NCBI GenBank assembly: GCA_035473115.1
Contig: DATION010000005.1
Coordinates: 4,399 to 68,398 of the forward strand
DNA length: 64,000 nucleotides
Source: Candidatus Udaeobacter sp.
GTDB lineage: Bacteria > Patescibacteriota > Patescibacteriia > Magasanikbacterales > GWA2-37-8
Direction of reading: 5' to 3'
How positions within the stretch are numbered: position 1 is the stretch's first letter; the number at the start of each line of letters is the position of its first letter. The position numbers and the translations under genes were made by a program. The notes beneath the pieces were generated by a model. That model was given only the letters and a program-made list of their open reading frames with translations. It was not told the origin of the DNA and ran no database searches. Of the stretch, positions 50,486 to 60,377 are shown in pieces.

Positions 50486-52459
50486 ATGCCATGGTCCAAA
50501 CTATTTTTTTGGATTAAAAAAAAACAAGGTTATCGGAGTGCCGCTCTGCCCTCTACTAATTTTGATCGAAAATTATTAAAAAAAATCCGCCTAAGTTCCA
50601 TTCCCAGCTGGTCGCAATTTAAATACCTGGGAAGTTTTCTGACAAAAACTGAAAAAATCGCTCTAAACACGGCGCTGGCAATTTTTTTCTTAGGAGCCAT
50701 CGGTTGGGGAATTGTCTGGTTTATCCAAAATAACACCATAATCCCAGCCAGCGGCGGAGATTACAGTGAAGCTCTGATTGGCCAACCCAAATATATCAAT
50801 CCACTTTTTGCTTCTGCCAATGATGTAGATGCTGATTTAACTTCTTTAATGTATTCCGGATTATTTAAATACGATGATCAGCAAAAATTAATCACCGACT
50901 TAGCCGACAACTATTCAGTCAGCCAAGATGGAAAAACCTACGATGTGAATTTACGCACCAACCTAAAATGGTCAGATGGCGAACCGCTCAATGCTGATGA
51001 TGTAATCTATACTTTTGAATCAATCCAAGACCCGGAAGTAGGCAGTCCACTACTAACGACTTTTCAAAGCGTGCAGATAGAGCGCACCGGTGATTATTCG
51101 ATTCGTTTTACTCTAAAAGAACCATTCGCTCCGTTTTTAAACAGTCTTACAGTTGGAATTTTACCGCAGCATACTTGGTCTAATGTTCCCCCATCGGCTA
51201 TCAAACTAGCCAAAACAAACTTGCAGCCTGTTGGTTCAGGTCCGTGGAAATTTAGCAAATTAGCCAAAGATTCCGCCGGCGGCATTCAAAGCTATACTCT
51301 TGATCTAAATAAAAATTACTACAAAAACAGCCCTTACTTGCAAACTTTAACTTTTAAATTTTATACAGATTATACCGCAGCAGCCAGCGCTCTAAAAAGC
51401 CAAGACATAATGGCCGCCAGCTTTTTATCAAATGACTCGGCAAAAAAAATCGCCGGTAAAAATTTTCAGCTATACAAATTCACTCTGCCCCAATATACAG
51501 CTATATTTTTTAACCAAGATGCAGCTCCAGTCTTAAAAGATAACTCCATGCGCTTGGCTTTGAATTTAGCCATTAATAAACAAGATGTTTTAACCAAAGG
51601 ACTTAACAGTGAAGGTGAAATAATAAATTCTCCAATTCTAAAAAATGAAATCGGTTATAACTCTTCAATCGCCTTTCCGGAATTTAATATAGAAAAAGCA
51701 AATGAAATTTTAGAAAAAAACTGGAAAAAAATTCAACCGGAAGATTTCTTTAAGATCGAATATGATGCGGCTCTAAAAAATAAACAGGCCGAACTTGATG
51801 CTTTGGCAAAAAACTCTGCCTCCTCAACTGAGGCCACTACCACTCCGCCAGATATGGAAAAAATTACCAAAGAAATCAGTGATACTGTCCGCCAAGAAAT
51901 GGACCCGGACCAAAGTTTCTACAGAAAAAATAGCAGTAACGAAATCTTAGCAATTACCCTAACTACCGCTGACACTCCGGAATACCAACAAGTCGCTCAA
52001 ACTATCGCCAAAATGTGGCGCGCTGTGGGCGTAAAAACAAAAATTGAAGCGATTGATACCAACCAGATATCTCGAGAAGCTTTGCGAAACAGAGACTATC
52101 AAGCTTTGCTTTATGGAGAAATTGTGGGTAATGACCCAGATCCATATCCATTTTGGCATTCTTCGCAAATCAATTATCCGGGATTAAACCTGTCTTTGTT
52201 CCTAGACAGAAGCGCTGACAAAATCTTAGAAGATGCTCGCGCTCTAACCAATGAACAGATCCGAGCTGATCTATACGAAAAATTCCAACAAATTTTAGCC
52301 AAAGAGGTTCCAGCCGTATTCCTTTACACACCAACTTATAATTTCCTAGCCAACAAACAGATCAAAGGTATAACTTTCCAACAAATATTTTCTCCGGCTG
52401 ACCGATTTAATAATTTAAATAACTGGTATATCAAAACAAAACGTCAGTGGAAAAAATAA
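50486..52459 (+). CDS. ABC transporter substrate-binding protein family 5 (OppA-like), membrane-anchored
   Basis: INPLFA, YSGLFKYD, DLA, KWSDGEPLNADDVIYTF and PVGSGPWKF. Confidence 0.88.
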   Translation: MPWSKLFFWIKKKQGYRSAALPSTNFDRKLLKKIRLSSIPSWSQFKYLGSFLTKTEKIALNTALAIFFLGAIGWGIVWFIQNNTIIPASGGDYSEALIGQPKYINPLFASANDVDADLTSLMYSGLFKYDDQQKLITDLADNYSVSQDGKTYDVNLRTNLKWSDGEPLNADDVIYTFESIQDPEVGSPLLTTFQSVQIERTGDYSIRFTLKEPFAPFLNSLTVGILPQHTWSNVPPSAIKLAKTNLQPVGSGPWKFSKLAKDSAGGIQSYTLDLNKNYYKNSPYLQTLTFKFYTDYTAAASALKSQDIMAASFLSNDSAKKIAGKNFQLYKFTLPQYTAIFFNQDAAPVLKDNSMRLALNLAINKQDVLTKGLNSEGEIINSPILKNEIGYNSSIAFPEFNIEKANEILEKNWKKIQPEDFFKIEYDAALKNKQAELDALAKNSASSTEATTTPPDMEKITKEISDTVRQEMDPDQSFYRKNSSNEILAITLTTADTPEYQQVAQTIAKMWRAVGVKTKIEAIDTNQISREALRNRDYQALLYGEIVGNDPDPYPFWHSSQINYPGLNLSLFLDRSADKILEDARALTNEQIRADLYEKFQQILAKEVPAVFLYTPTYNFLANKQIKGITFQQIFSPADRFNNLNNWYIKTKRQWKK

Positions 52460-52484
52460 TTTAGAACACTGCTAGAATAATTCA

Positions 52485-52566
52485 GGGCGAGTGGCGGAAC
52501 TGGTATACGCGTACGTCTCAGAAGCGTATGGAGCAATCCTTGAGGGTTCGAGTCCCTCCTCGCCCA
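52485..52566 (+). tRNA. tRNA-Leu(CAG)
   Basis: Acceptor GGGCGAG/CTCGCCC, anticodon arm TACGT-CT-CAG-AA-GCGTA, variable arm GGA-GCAA-TCC and T arm GAGGG-TTCGAGT-CCCTC. Confidence 0.95.
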
Positions 52567-52625
52567 CAAGAGCAGTACAAATTTCTTCTCTTAATTTAAA
52601 ATTTAAACCTCTTAATTAATAAAAT

Positions 52626-54509
52626 ATGACAAAAGATCAGACCACCACGCAGAACTCGACCCCGCTAAGACCGCCTACTAACGGTCTTTCCAGATACCCG
52701 CAAAGACAACGGCGAGTATTTCATACCGGCAGAACTCAAGCTAGTTCCACCGGACAAATTAAACCGCAAACAAAAATGTTTGAGGCTTCTTCAGCAAATT
52801 TAAAAAATGAGACTTTGCATCAAGCGCAAACTTCCCTGCCTGATAGCGGCAAAAAACTGCGAGTGGCTGTTATCGGCGGTCTGGAAGAAATCGGCCGCAA
52901 CTGTACAATGTTTGAATACGGCGATGATATCATTCTCGTTGATTTAGGATTACAGTTTCCGGAAGAAGATATGCCTGGAATCGATTATATCATTCCCAAC
53001 ATGGGCTATCTTAAAGGCAAAGAAAAAAATGTTCGCGGCGTAGTTATCACTCACGCCCATTACGATCATATCGGCGGCATTCCTCATCTTATTCCCATGC
53101 TTGGCTATCCGCCAATTTACGGTTTGCCGCTAACTAACGCTATCATCAAAAAACGCCAGGAAGATTATAAAGGCTTGCGACCTTTAAGCTTGCATAATGT
53201 TGGCTTAAACGACAAATTAAGTTTGGGCGCTTTTCAGTTAGAATTTTTCCACTTGAATCACAATATCCCAGATTCAATGGGTGTGGTCATTAAAACTCCG
53301 GAAGGAACAATTATCCATACCGGCGACTGGAAATTTGATTATCAGCCAACTGGCGAGCAGCCAGCTGACTTGCAAAAAATTGCCAAGATCGGCAGTGAAG
53401 GCGTGCTGGCATTATTATCCGACAGTACCAACGCTTCTCAGCCCGGTCACCAAATCTCTGAATCAGAAATCGGCATGAACTTGGAAGATATTATCACTAA
53501 ATCTCCCGGCCGAATTATTATCGGTACATTTGCCTCTTTACTTACTCGTATCAAACAAATCATTGAAGCTTCCGAAAAACATGGCAAAGTGGTAGCGCTC
53601 GGCGGTTTTAGTATAAAAACCAACGTAGAAATCGCCAAAGAACTGGGATACATGAAATTTAACCCAAAAACTTTGGTGGATATGCGTCAATTGGAAAATT
53701 ATCCGCATAACAAAGTGGTAGTCATTTGTACGGGCGCTCAGGGAGAAAAAAACGCTTCTTTAATGCGCATTGCCAACGGCGAACACCGAGAAATAAAACT
53801 TATTCCCGGCGATACGGTAGTGTTTTCATCTTCAGTTATCCCCGGCAATGAGCGTATGGTGCAGCGCCTCAAAGACACCATTTTCCGCAAAGGCGCTGAA
53901 GTTATTCATCACCAAATGATGGATGTGCATGCCGGCGGACACGCTAAAATGGAAGATGTAAAATTAATGATTCGTCTGCTTGCTCCAAAATACTTTGTAC
54001 CAATTCACGGCAATCATTTCCTTTTGCGCTACAACGGCAAAATTGCCGAAGCTATGGGTTATTCAAAAGATAAAATTTTCATCGCTGATAATGGCCAGGT
54101 AATGGAATTTAAGCAAGGTGAGGGCGTGCTGACAAAAAATAAAATCCAGTCCGACCATGTGTTTGTTGACGGTCTGGGCGTAAGTGATGAAACTAATATT
54201 GTTTTACGCGACCGCCAAGTACTGGCCGAAGATGGCATGGTGGTAATCATTGCCACTGTAGATAGCAAGACTGGCAAGCTAATCCAAAATCCCGATATTA
54301 TTTCCCGTGGCTTTGTATTCTTAAAAGAACATAAAGAATTAATCGAAGACTTGCGCCATAGAGTGAAGAAAACGGTCAGCGATTCGGATCCGTTATCTTG
54401 GGCTGATACCAATAATATAAAAAATAAACTGCGAGATTATGTTGGCCAGTTCCTGTTTACCAAAACTGAAAAACGGCCGATGATTTTGCCGGTGATTATA
54501 GAAGTATAA
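52626..54509 (+). CDS. rnj: Ribonuclease J
   Basis: GGLEEIGRN, THAHYDHIGG, HTGDWKFD, DSTNA, TGAQGE, HAGGH and PMILPVI. Confidence 0.96.
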   Translation: MTKDQTTTQNSTPLRPPTNGLSRYPQRQRRVFHTGRTQASSTGQIKPQTKMFEASSANLKNETLHQAQTSLPDSGKKLRVAVIGGLEEIGRNCTMFEYGDDIILVDLGLQFPEEDMPGIDYIIPNMGYLKGKEKNVRGVVITHAHYDHIGGIPHLIPMLGYPPIYGLPLTNAIIKKRQEDYKGLRPLSLHNVGLNDKLSLGAFQLEFFHLNHNIPDSMGVVIKTPEGTIIHTGDWKFDYQPTGEQPADLQKIAKIGSEGVLALLSDSTNASQPGHQISESEIGMNLEDIITKSPGRIIIGTFASLLTRIKQIIEASEKHGKVVALGGFSIKTNVEIAKELGYMKFNPKTLVDMRQLENYPHNKVVVICTGAQGEKNASLMRIANGEHREIKLIPGDTVVFSSSVIPGNERMVQRLKDTIFRKGAEVIHHQMMDVHAGGHAKMEDVKLMIRLLAPKYFVPIHGNHFLLRYNGKIAEAMGYSKDKIFIADNGQVMEFKQGEGVLTKNKIQSDHVFVDGLGVSDETNIVLRDRQVLAEDGMVVIIATVDSKTGKLIQNPDIISRGFVFLKEHKELIEDLRHRVKKTVSDSDPLSWADTNNIKNKLRDYVGQFLFTKTEKRPMILPVIIEV

Positions 54510-54518
54510 AAATATACT

Positions 54519-54556
54519 AAATAAAAAATCCTCTTTAAATCAGAGGATTTTTTATT
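54519..54556 (+). terminator. Terminator after rnj
   Basis: AAATAAAAAATCCTCT-loop-AGAGGATTTTTTATTT. Confidence 0.8.
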
Positions 54557-54576
54557 TTTCATAATTAAGTTTACCT

Positions 54577-55019
54577 GTCCTTTTCTTTTAAAAGAAAAGG
54601 ACCTAAAGAAACTGCGAGCGGCGGAATTACTCAGAGCCAGACAGGACTCGTTCTCGCTGCTCTCGTGAACTCGCTCGACCGTTTCCAACGGTCGGCTCAA
54701 ACAGCACGAGAGCTCTTTTAAAGACCGCTCCAACTCATCTCTGTCTGCTAACTTCATAATTCCAATGCTCGCCCGAACCGTCCATTGTCCGTTGTCCGTC
54801 GTTCGATCCGAGCATATGGACTTTGGCCGAACTGGCCACGGTGATGGTGAACGGTCCCTTTCGCTTGACGAAAGGGATTTGTCCTGCTGTTTGAGACCAC
54901 CTGTTATAGACAGGTGGTTGAGTTCAGGACAAAAGAGAGACAGAACAGTTGGCAGTTCGAGACAAAGGACATCCGCTCGGCGAGTTTTTCTTACGCTTTT
55001 TGCTCGGTCAAAAAGCGTA
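54577..55019. other. Large structured non-coding element with two homologous arms in inverted orientation (element D)
   Basis: About ten nested perfect stems, terminal hairpins, and motif AACTC-hairpin-CTCAAACAG once per arm on opposite strands. Confidence 0.8.
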
Positions 55020-55080
55020 GAGGGGTTGGTGTTTTGCGTATAAACCATAAAAAAGCTATAATACATTTAAATTAAAATAT

Positions 55081-56097
55081 ATGCCCTCAAAACTCAAAGT
55101 TTCCTTCTACGGCATCTGGCCGGAAATGAAAGAGTATATCAGCGCTAAAATGTCTAAATTCGATACAGCCATTTTTAGCGAAAAAATTAATGAAAAAAAT
55201 TTAGATCCTAAAACCGAAGTTTTAGCTGTTTTTATCGAAACTCAGATCAATAAAAAAATAACAGATAAACTGCCTAATCTTAAAATGATAGCCACCATGA
55301 GCACTGGCTTTGACCACATTGATCTGGCTGCGGCAAAGAAACAAAACATACCTGTCTGCAATGTACCCGCTTACGGAGAAAATACGGTAGCCGAACATGC
55401 CATGGCCTTAATTTTAGGCCTAACTCGTAAACTTTTTCCTTCTGTAAAAAGAGTCAAAGAAGGCACTTATGACTTCCAAGGACTGCGCGGTATAGATTTA
55501 AAAGATAAAACTTTAGGTGTAATTGGCACAGGACATATCGGGGCTCATCTAATAAAAATGGCCAAAGGTTTTGAATTAAATATACTGGCTTTTGACGCTT
55601 TTCCTAATAAAAAACTAGAAAAAGAACTGGGATTTAAATATGTTTCTCTACCTGAACTTTTAGCCAAGTCAGATATTATTTCTTTGCATACACCGCTTTT
55701 ACCCACAACTTATCATTTAATAAACAAAAAAAATATTAAAGAAACCAAAAATGGAGCCTACATAATAAATACGGCTCGCGGCGGTCTGATTGATCCCGAA
55801 GCTCTAGTCTGGGGCTTGCAAAGTAATCATTTAGCTGGCGTTGGGCTGGATGTTTTGGAAGATGAAAATTTAATTCAGAATCATGAACAGGTGATTTCTT
55901 GTGAAGACTGTAAAATTAAAACTACTCTCTTAAACAAAATCATTATTGCCCATCCTAACGCCATTGTGACTCCGCATAATGCTTTCAATAGCACCGAAGC
56001 CATTCAACGAATTATTGATGTGACGATAGATAACATAAAATCTTTTGCTGAGGGCAAAACCAAAAATGATGTTACCGTTGCAAAGAACAAAAAATAA
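55081..56097 (+). CDS. D-isomer-specific 2-hydroxyacid dehydrogenase (D-lactate dehydrogenase-like)
   Basis: STGFDHID, NVPAY..VAEH, GVIGTGHIG, INTARG, LDVLE and TPHNAF. Confidence 0.92.
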   Translation: MPSKLKVSFYGIWPEMKEYISAKMSKFDTAIFSEKINEKNLDPKTEVLAVFIETQINKKITDKLPNLKMIATMSTGFDHIDLAAAKKQNIPVCNVPAYGENTVAEHAMALILGLTRKLFPSVKRVKEGTYDFQGLRGIDLKDKTLGVIGTGHIGAHLIKMAKGFELNILAFDAFPNKKLEKELGFKYVSLPELLAKSDIISLHTPLLPTTYHLINKKNIKETKNGAYIINTARGGLIDPEALVWGLQSNHLAGVGLDVLEDENLIQNHEQVISCEDCKIKTTLLNKIIIAHPNAIVTPHNAFNSTEAIQRIIDVTIDNIKSFAEGKTKNDVTVAKNKK

Positions 56098-56101
56098 TCT
56101 T

Positions 56102-56135
56102 AAAAAAACACTCCGCAATTACGGAGTGTTTTTTT
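56102..56135. terminator. Bidirectional terminator (dehydrogenase / rnpB)
   Basis: AAAAAAACACTCCG-loop-CGGAGTGTTTTTTT. Confidence 0.8.
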
Positions 56136-56510
56136 ATAGCATAAGCCGAATTTTGTTCCCAATTTTAATCGGGAGATGATCATTTCTCTGGGTTTGGCGT
56201 TGCCACCAACCTCAAGCGAGCGAACTTTTTACCACGCCCTTCGCGAAGGACGTGGCTCTGCTCTTGCGTTCAAGTAAGGATTTAGACGTTTCACCTTTCG
56301 ACTTATTACCTCCATCGAAAGTTAAGCAATATTTTTGATTTCCCAAAAATTTGAGGTTTGCTTTCTCTTTCTTTTCAAAAAGAGACGTTTCTGTTCGCAC
56401 CTCGAGCCTTGCGGCCGACGGGGGTTACCCGCTACCTTTCTCCTTAGTTTTCACCAAGGGAACGTTCGGACTTTCCTCCCTACCAAGTGACAGGGCGATC
56501 ATCGCTATAC
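56135..56510 (-). ncRNA. rnpB: RNase P RNA
   Basis: Minus strand GAGGAAAGTCCGAA near the 5' end and AACAAAATTCGGCTTAT near the 3' end; P1 TATAGC/GCTATA, P2 ATGATC/GATCAT; promoter TTGACA-17-TAATAT at 56545-56517. Confidence 0.93.
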
Positions 56511-56622
56511 GCCAATATATTAGCATGAATTAATGGTTTTGTCAATCTTATTTGTAGTCAAAAACTTGCTTGCTTAAAGGATAAAACTGCGGTAAAATAG
56601 GCTAAAATTAAAGACTTAGAAT

Positions 56623-58044
56623 ATGAAAAAACTGGAACTTGTTTTAGCTTTTATCCAGCTGCCTCTGGACTATATAATGATTACTCTAGCCGGAATAACC
56701 GCTTATACTTTACGTTTTACCGCCACCAGCCAAAATATCCGCCCGGTTTTATTTAATTTAGCTTGGGAAAAATACTGGCCTCTGGTTTTACTTACCGCCT
56801 TAGGCTGGATTATTATTTTTGCTTTGGCCGGACTCTACAATACTTATCCCAATCGCAAGCTGGCCAGTGATCTAACGCGGGTGATCTTTGCCTGTTCGAC
56901 CGGTTTTGCCGCTATTACTATTTACGTTTTTTTTACTCTGCAAAAATTTGATTCCCGTTTTTTAGTCCTGGCCAGCTGGATTTTAGCGATAATTTATGTT
57001 TCTATCGGACGAATTTTAATGAACGGCTTAAAAAAACTTTTATACCGAGCCGGTTTTGGTTTACGACAAACAGTTTTAATCGGCAAAAAAGCTATCTCTG
57101 AACAGATTAAAGAAGCTATCAATTTACGACCGGGTTTGGGTTATAAATTAGTTAGCATCTATGAGCACTTTGATGATCAGACAAGTTTATCTATTTTAAA
57201 AAATAATCCGGATGAGATAATCTTTACTGATCCGAAAGCCAATGAGTTCGAAGTTCTGCAAGCGATAGAATTTGCCAATGAACATCATATTATTTTTAAA
57301 TATTCAGCGGATCTATTTTCTACTATTTCTACCAATATGGCCGTCAGCACAATTGCCGGCATTCCAATTATCGAACTGCGCCTGACTCGCCTGACCGGCT
57401 GGAATAGAATTATCAAAAGATTTTTTGATGTGGTTGGCAGTTTATTTTTAATAATTTTATTTTTACCGCTGCTGGTTGCGATTTATTTAGCAATTATCAT
57501 TGAGACCGGCTTCCCGGTAATTTATAAAAATGAACGCGTCGGCCAAAACGATAGAAAATTTTTCACTTTAAAATTTCGCTCAATGTATAAAAAAGATAGC
57601 ACCGGCCCACAGTTCGGCCAGCAAGGCGAAGAAGCTTTGCGCCAAGAACAAGAACTCATTGCCACACAAAACAGCAAATCCGGCCCGATTTACAAAATAA
57701 AAAATGATCCCCGTATTACTCCGTTTGGCAAATTTATCAGACGCTGGAGCCTGGATGAACTGCCACAATTTTTTAATGTTTTAAAAGGTGAAATGAGCTT
57801 GGTTGGGCCGCGCCCGCATCAGCCGCGCGAAGTAAGCGGCTATGAACGCCGACACAAAATCATCCTGGCCATCAAACCCGGCATTACCGGTTTATCGCAA
57901 ATTTCCGGACGCAGTAATTTAAGCTTTGAAGAAGAGATGAACTTAGATACATTTTATATTGAAAACTGGAGTATATATATGGATTTAATTATTTTATTTA
58001 AAACTCCATTTATTGTTTTAACCAGAAAAGGTTCCATTATTTAG
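56623..58044 (+). CDS. Undecaprenyl-phosphate glycosylphosphotransferase (WcaJ/WbaP family)
   Basis: TM domain, KRFFD, KFRSM, DPRIT, SLDELPQ, GEMSLVGPRP and KPGITG. Confidence 0.93.
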   Translation: MKKLELVLAFIQLPLDYIMITLAGITAYTLRFTATSQNIRPVLFNLAWEKYWPLVLLTALGWIIIFALAGLYNTYPNRKLASDLTRVIFACSTGFAAITIYVFFTLQKFDSRFLVLASWILAIIYVSIGRILMNGLKKLLYRAGFGLRQTVLIGKKAISEQIKEAINLRPGLGYKLVSIYEHFDDQTSLSILKNNPDEIIFTDPKANEFEVLQAIEFANEHHIIFKYSADLFSTISTNMAVSTIAGIPIIELRLTRLTGWNRIIKRFFDVVGSLFLIILFLPLLVAIYLAIIIETGFPVIYKNERVGQNDRKFFTLKFRSMYKKDSTGPQFGQQGEEALRQEQELIATQNSKSGPIYKIKNDPRITPFGKFIRRWSLDELPQFFNVLKGEMSLVGPRPHQPREVSGYERRHKIILAIKPGITGLSQISGRSNLSFEEEMNLDTFYIENWSIYMDLIILFKTPFIVLTRKGSII

Positions 58045-58050
58045 AATAAT

Positions 58051-59169
58051 ATGCGCATTGCTTTGGTACATGATTATCTGGCGCAAGATGGTGGCGCCGA
58101 AAGAGTTTTAAAAACCATGCATGAAATATGGCCGGAAGCGCCAATTTTTGTTTTATTCCATGATAAAAATAAAATAAAATTTTTTGATGACAAAAATATT
58201 CAAGAATCTTTTTTAGCCAACCTGCCTTTTAGCAACTCGTTTTATCAATGGTATCTGCCCTGGATGCCGCTGGCTACCGAACAGCACAACTTAAAAGATT
58301 TTGACGTGGTAATTTCTACGGCTAGCATGTTTGCCAAAGGTGTAATTACCGGGCCAAACACACTGCATATTTCTTACTGCCATACACCGCCCCGCTTTTT
58401 GTGGGCCGACAACCACAACTACATTGCTGATTTAAAACAAAATAATTTCATTAAATTTATCTTGCCTCATTTTATTCATCGACTGCGAATTTGGGACAAA
58501 ATGAGCGTAGACCGAGTAGACCATTTCGTGGCCAATTCACGCACTGTTCAACAAAGAATCAATAAATATTACCGCCGTGAAAGCGAAGTGATTTATCCTC
58601 CGGTCGAACTTACCTCCTGCTCTTTGCAAAAAACCGGCGACTACTATGCCGCTGGCGGCAGACTGGTTGGCTACAAAAGGTTTGATTTGATTGTTAAAGC
58701 TTTTAACCGGCTAAAATGGCCGCTAAAAATTTTTGGCGACGGGCCGGAACTGAAAAAACTTAAAAAAATAGCCAAAGATAATATAGAATTTTTGGGACAA
58801 ATTTCTGATGAAGAAAAATACGGTATTCTGGCCGGCGCGCGCGCCTTTATCCATCCCCAACTGGAAGATTTTGGCATTACAGCCGTAGAGGCGATGGCTT
58901 GCGGCCGGCCGGTAATTGCTTTTTCTCAGGGCGGAGCTACCGAAACGGTTGTTAACAATGAAACCGGAGTATTTTTTCATGCGCAAACTTGGGAGTCTTT
59001 GCTGGACAAACTTTTGCATTTTAATTATGAAAATTGGGACAGCGGTAAAATCCGCGAACAGGCCGCCAAATTTGGCTCAATATACTTTAAAACCAACCTG
59101 CAAAAATATGTGGCCGACCGATACGAAGAATTCAGTAAAGGATTTAATCAGCAATCTCTAATCGGTTAA
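58051..59169 (+). CDS. Glycosyltransferase family 4
   Basis: HDYL..GGAERV, YCHTPPR and EDFGITAVEAMACGRPV. Confidence 0.92.
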   Translation: MRIALVHDYLAQDGGAERVLKTMHEIWPEAPIFVLFHDKNKIKFFDDKNIQESFLANLPFSNSFYQWYLPWMPLATEQHNLKDFDVVISTASMFAKGVITGPNTLHISYCHTPPRFLWADNHNYIADLKQNNFIKFILPHFIHRLRIWDKMSVDRVDHFVANSRTVQQRINKYYRRESEVIYPPVELTSCSLQKTGDYYAAGGRLVGYKRFDLIVKAFNRLKWPLKIFGDGPELKKLKKIAKDNIEFLGQISDEEKYGILAGARAFIHPQLEDFGITAVEAMACGRPVIAFSQGGATETVVNNETGVFFHAQTWESLLDKLLHFNYENWDSGKIREQAAKFGSIYFKTNLQKYVADRYEEFSKGFNQQSLIG

Positions 59170-59171
59170 TT

Positions 59172-60371
59172 ATGAAAAAGATCGGCATTGATATTCGTTG
59201 CTTAATGTCTCCGCTGCGCGCCGGCGTGGGTGAATATACCCACGAACTGCTGAGCGCTATTTTTAAGCTTGATAAAGAAAACCAGTATTGGCTTTTTTAT
59301 AATTCCCATACAGATGTCTTTGCCCATATTCCACTTTGGTCAGGAAGCAATATTCATTATGTAGCCACCAAATGGCCGAACAAACTATTTAACGCTTTTA
59401 TAAAAATATTTGGCTGGCCAAAACTGGATAAATTAATTTCCCGCAACGGCAAGCTGGATTATTTTTTTTCACCCAACTTTAATTTTACGGCCTTATCCAA
59501 AGATACAAAAAATATTTTAACTGTCCATGATTTATCATTTAAATTTTTTCCACAATTTTTCTCCTTAAAACAAAAATTATGGCACTGGGCAATAAACCCA
59601 AAAAAACAGTGTCAACAAGCCAGTTTTATAATTACTCCTTCGGAAAATACCAAACGGGATATTGTGGATTATTATAAAATCCCAGCAGAAAAAATAAAAG
59701 TTGCGGGCGGCGGTTTATCGGGAATTTTCGTCTGTCATTCTGAGCGTAGCGAAGAATCCCTTAAACCAAGCCAAAGGGATCCTTCGGTCGCTTCACTCTC
59801 TCAGGATGACATACGAAAAAAATATAATTTACCAAATAAATTTATTCTCTGTTTGGGAGCGGTTGAATCGCGAAAAAATATCATTGGCTTAATTGAAGCT
59901 TTTGAAAAATTTTCCAAAACTACAACGGGCTATTCTTTGGTAATTGCCGGCAGTGGCCGAGGCTGGAAAAATAAAAAAATATACGCTCGAGCTTTGGCTT
60001 CACCGCTGCGCAATAATATCGAATTTATCGGTTATGTGGATGCGCAAGATAAGCCAACTCTATACTCTATGTCTGAACTGTTTGTTTATCCAAGTTTTTA
60101 TGAAGGATTTGGTTTTCCGGTTTTGGAGGCCATGGCCTGCGGTGTGCCGGTAATAACTTCTAACCGATCTTCTTTGCCGGAAATTACCGAAGGCGCAGCC
60201 TATTTAATTAACCCCAACCGCCCAGCTGAAATCGCTGCAGCAATTACAAAACTGATTTCTGACACAAAGCTACGAGAATATTTTATAAAAAAAGGACTAG
60301 AGCAGGTTAAGAAATTTAGTTGGCAAGCCGCAGCTCAAAAATGGCTAGATATTTTAAATAAATCAACTTAA
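59172..60371 (+). CDS. Glycosyltransferase family 4 (carries an in-frame family A insertion)
   Basis: GVGEY, TVHDL, RKN and YPSFYEGFGFPVLEAMACG. Confidence 0.92.
   Translation: MKKIGIDIRCLMSPLRAGVGEYTHELLSAIFKLDKENQYWLFYNSHTDVFAHIPLWSGSNIHYVATKWPNKLFNAFIKIFGWPKLDKLISRNGKLDYFFSPNFNFTALSKDTKNILTVHDLSFKFFPQFFSLKQKLWHWAINPKKQCQQASFIITPSENTKRDIVDYYKIPAEKIKVAGGGLSGIFVCHSERSEESLKPSQRDPSVASLSQDDIRKKYNLPNKFILCLGAVESRKNIIGLIEAFEKFSKTTTGYSLVIAGSGRGWKNKKIYARALASPLRNNIEFIGYVDAQDKPTLYSMSELFVYPSFYEGFGFPVLEAMACGVPVITSNRSSLPEITEGAAYLINPNRPAEIAAAITKLISDTKLREYFIKKGLEQVKKFSWQAAAQKWLDILNKST
59733..59811 (+). repeat. Family A-related palindromic element, copy A4, in frame within a CDS
   Basis: TGTCATTCTGAGCGTAGCGAAGAATCCC...GGGATCCTTCGGTCGCTTCACTCTCTCAGGATGACA. 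Confidence 0.88.
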
Positions 60372-60377
60372 AATTTT

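Noticed and set aside
54437-55066. ORFs 54437..55066 (-) and 54765..55043 (+)
   Set aside because: They overlap element D, have Ser/Arg-rich atypical composition and no motifs; open frames are expected in this GC-richer palindromic DNA.
56232-56255. CCTTCGCGAAGG hairpin in rnpB resembling the inner hairpin of A1/A2
   Set aside because: It is a short self-complementary stem-loop cap with no other family A sequence; chance is sufficient.
56212-56533. Short ORFs 56212..56400 and 56351..56533
   Set aside because: They overlap the RNase P RNA gene.
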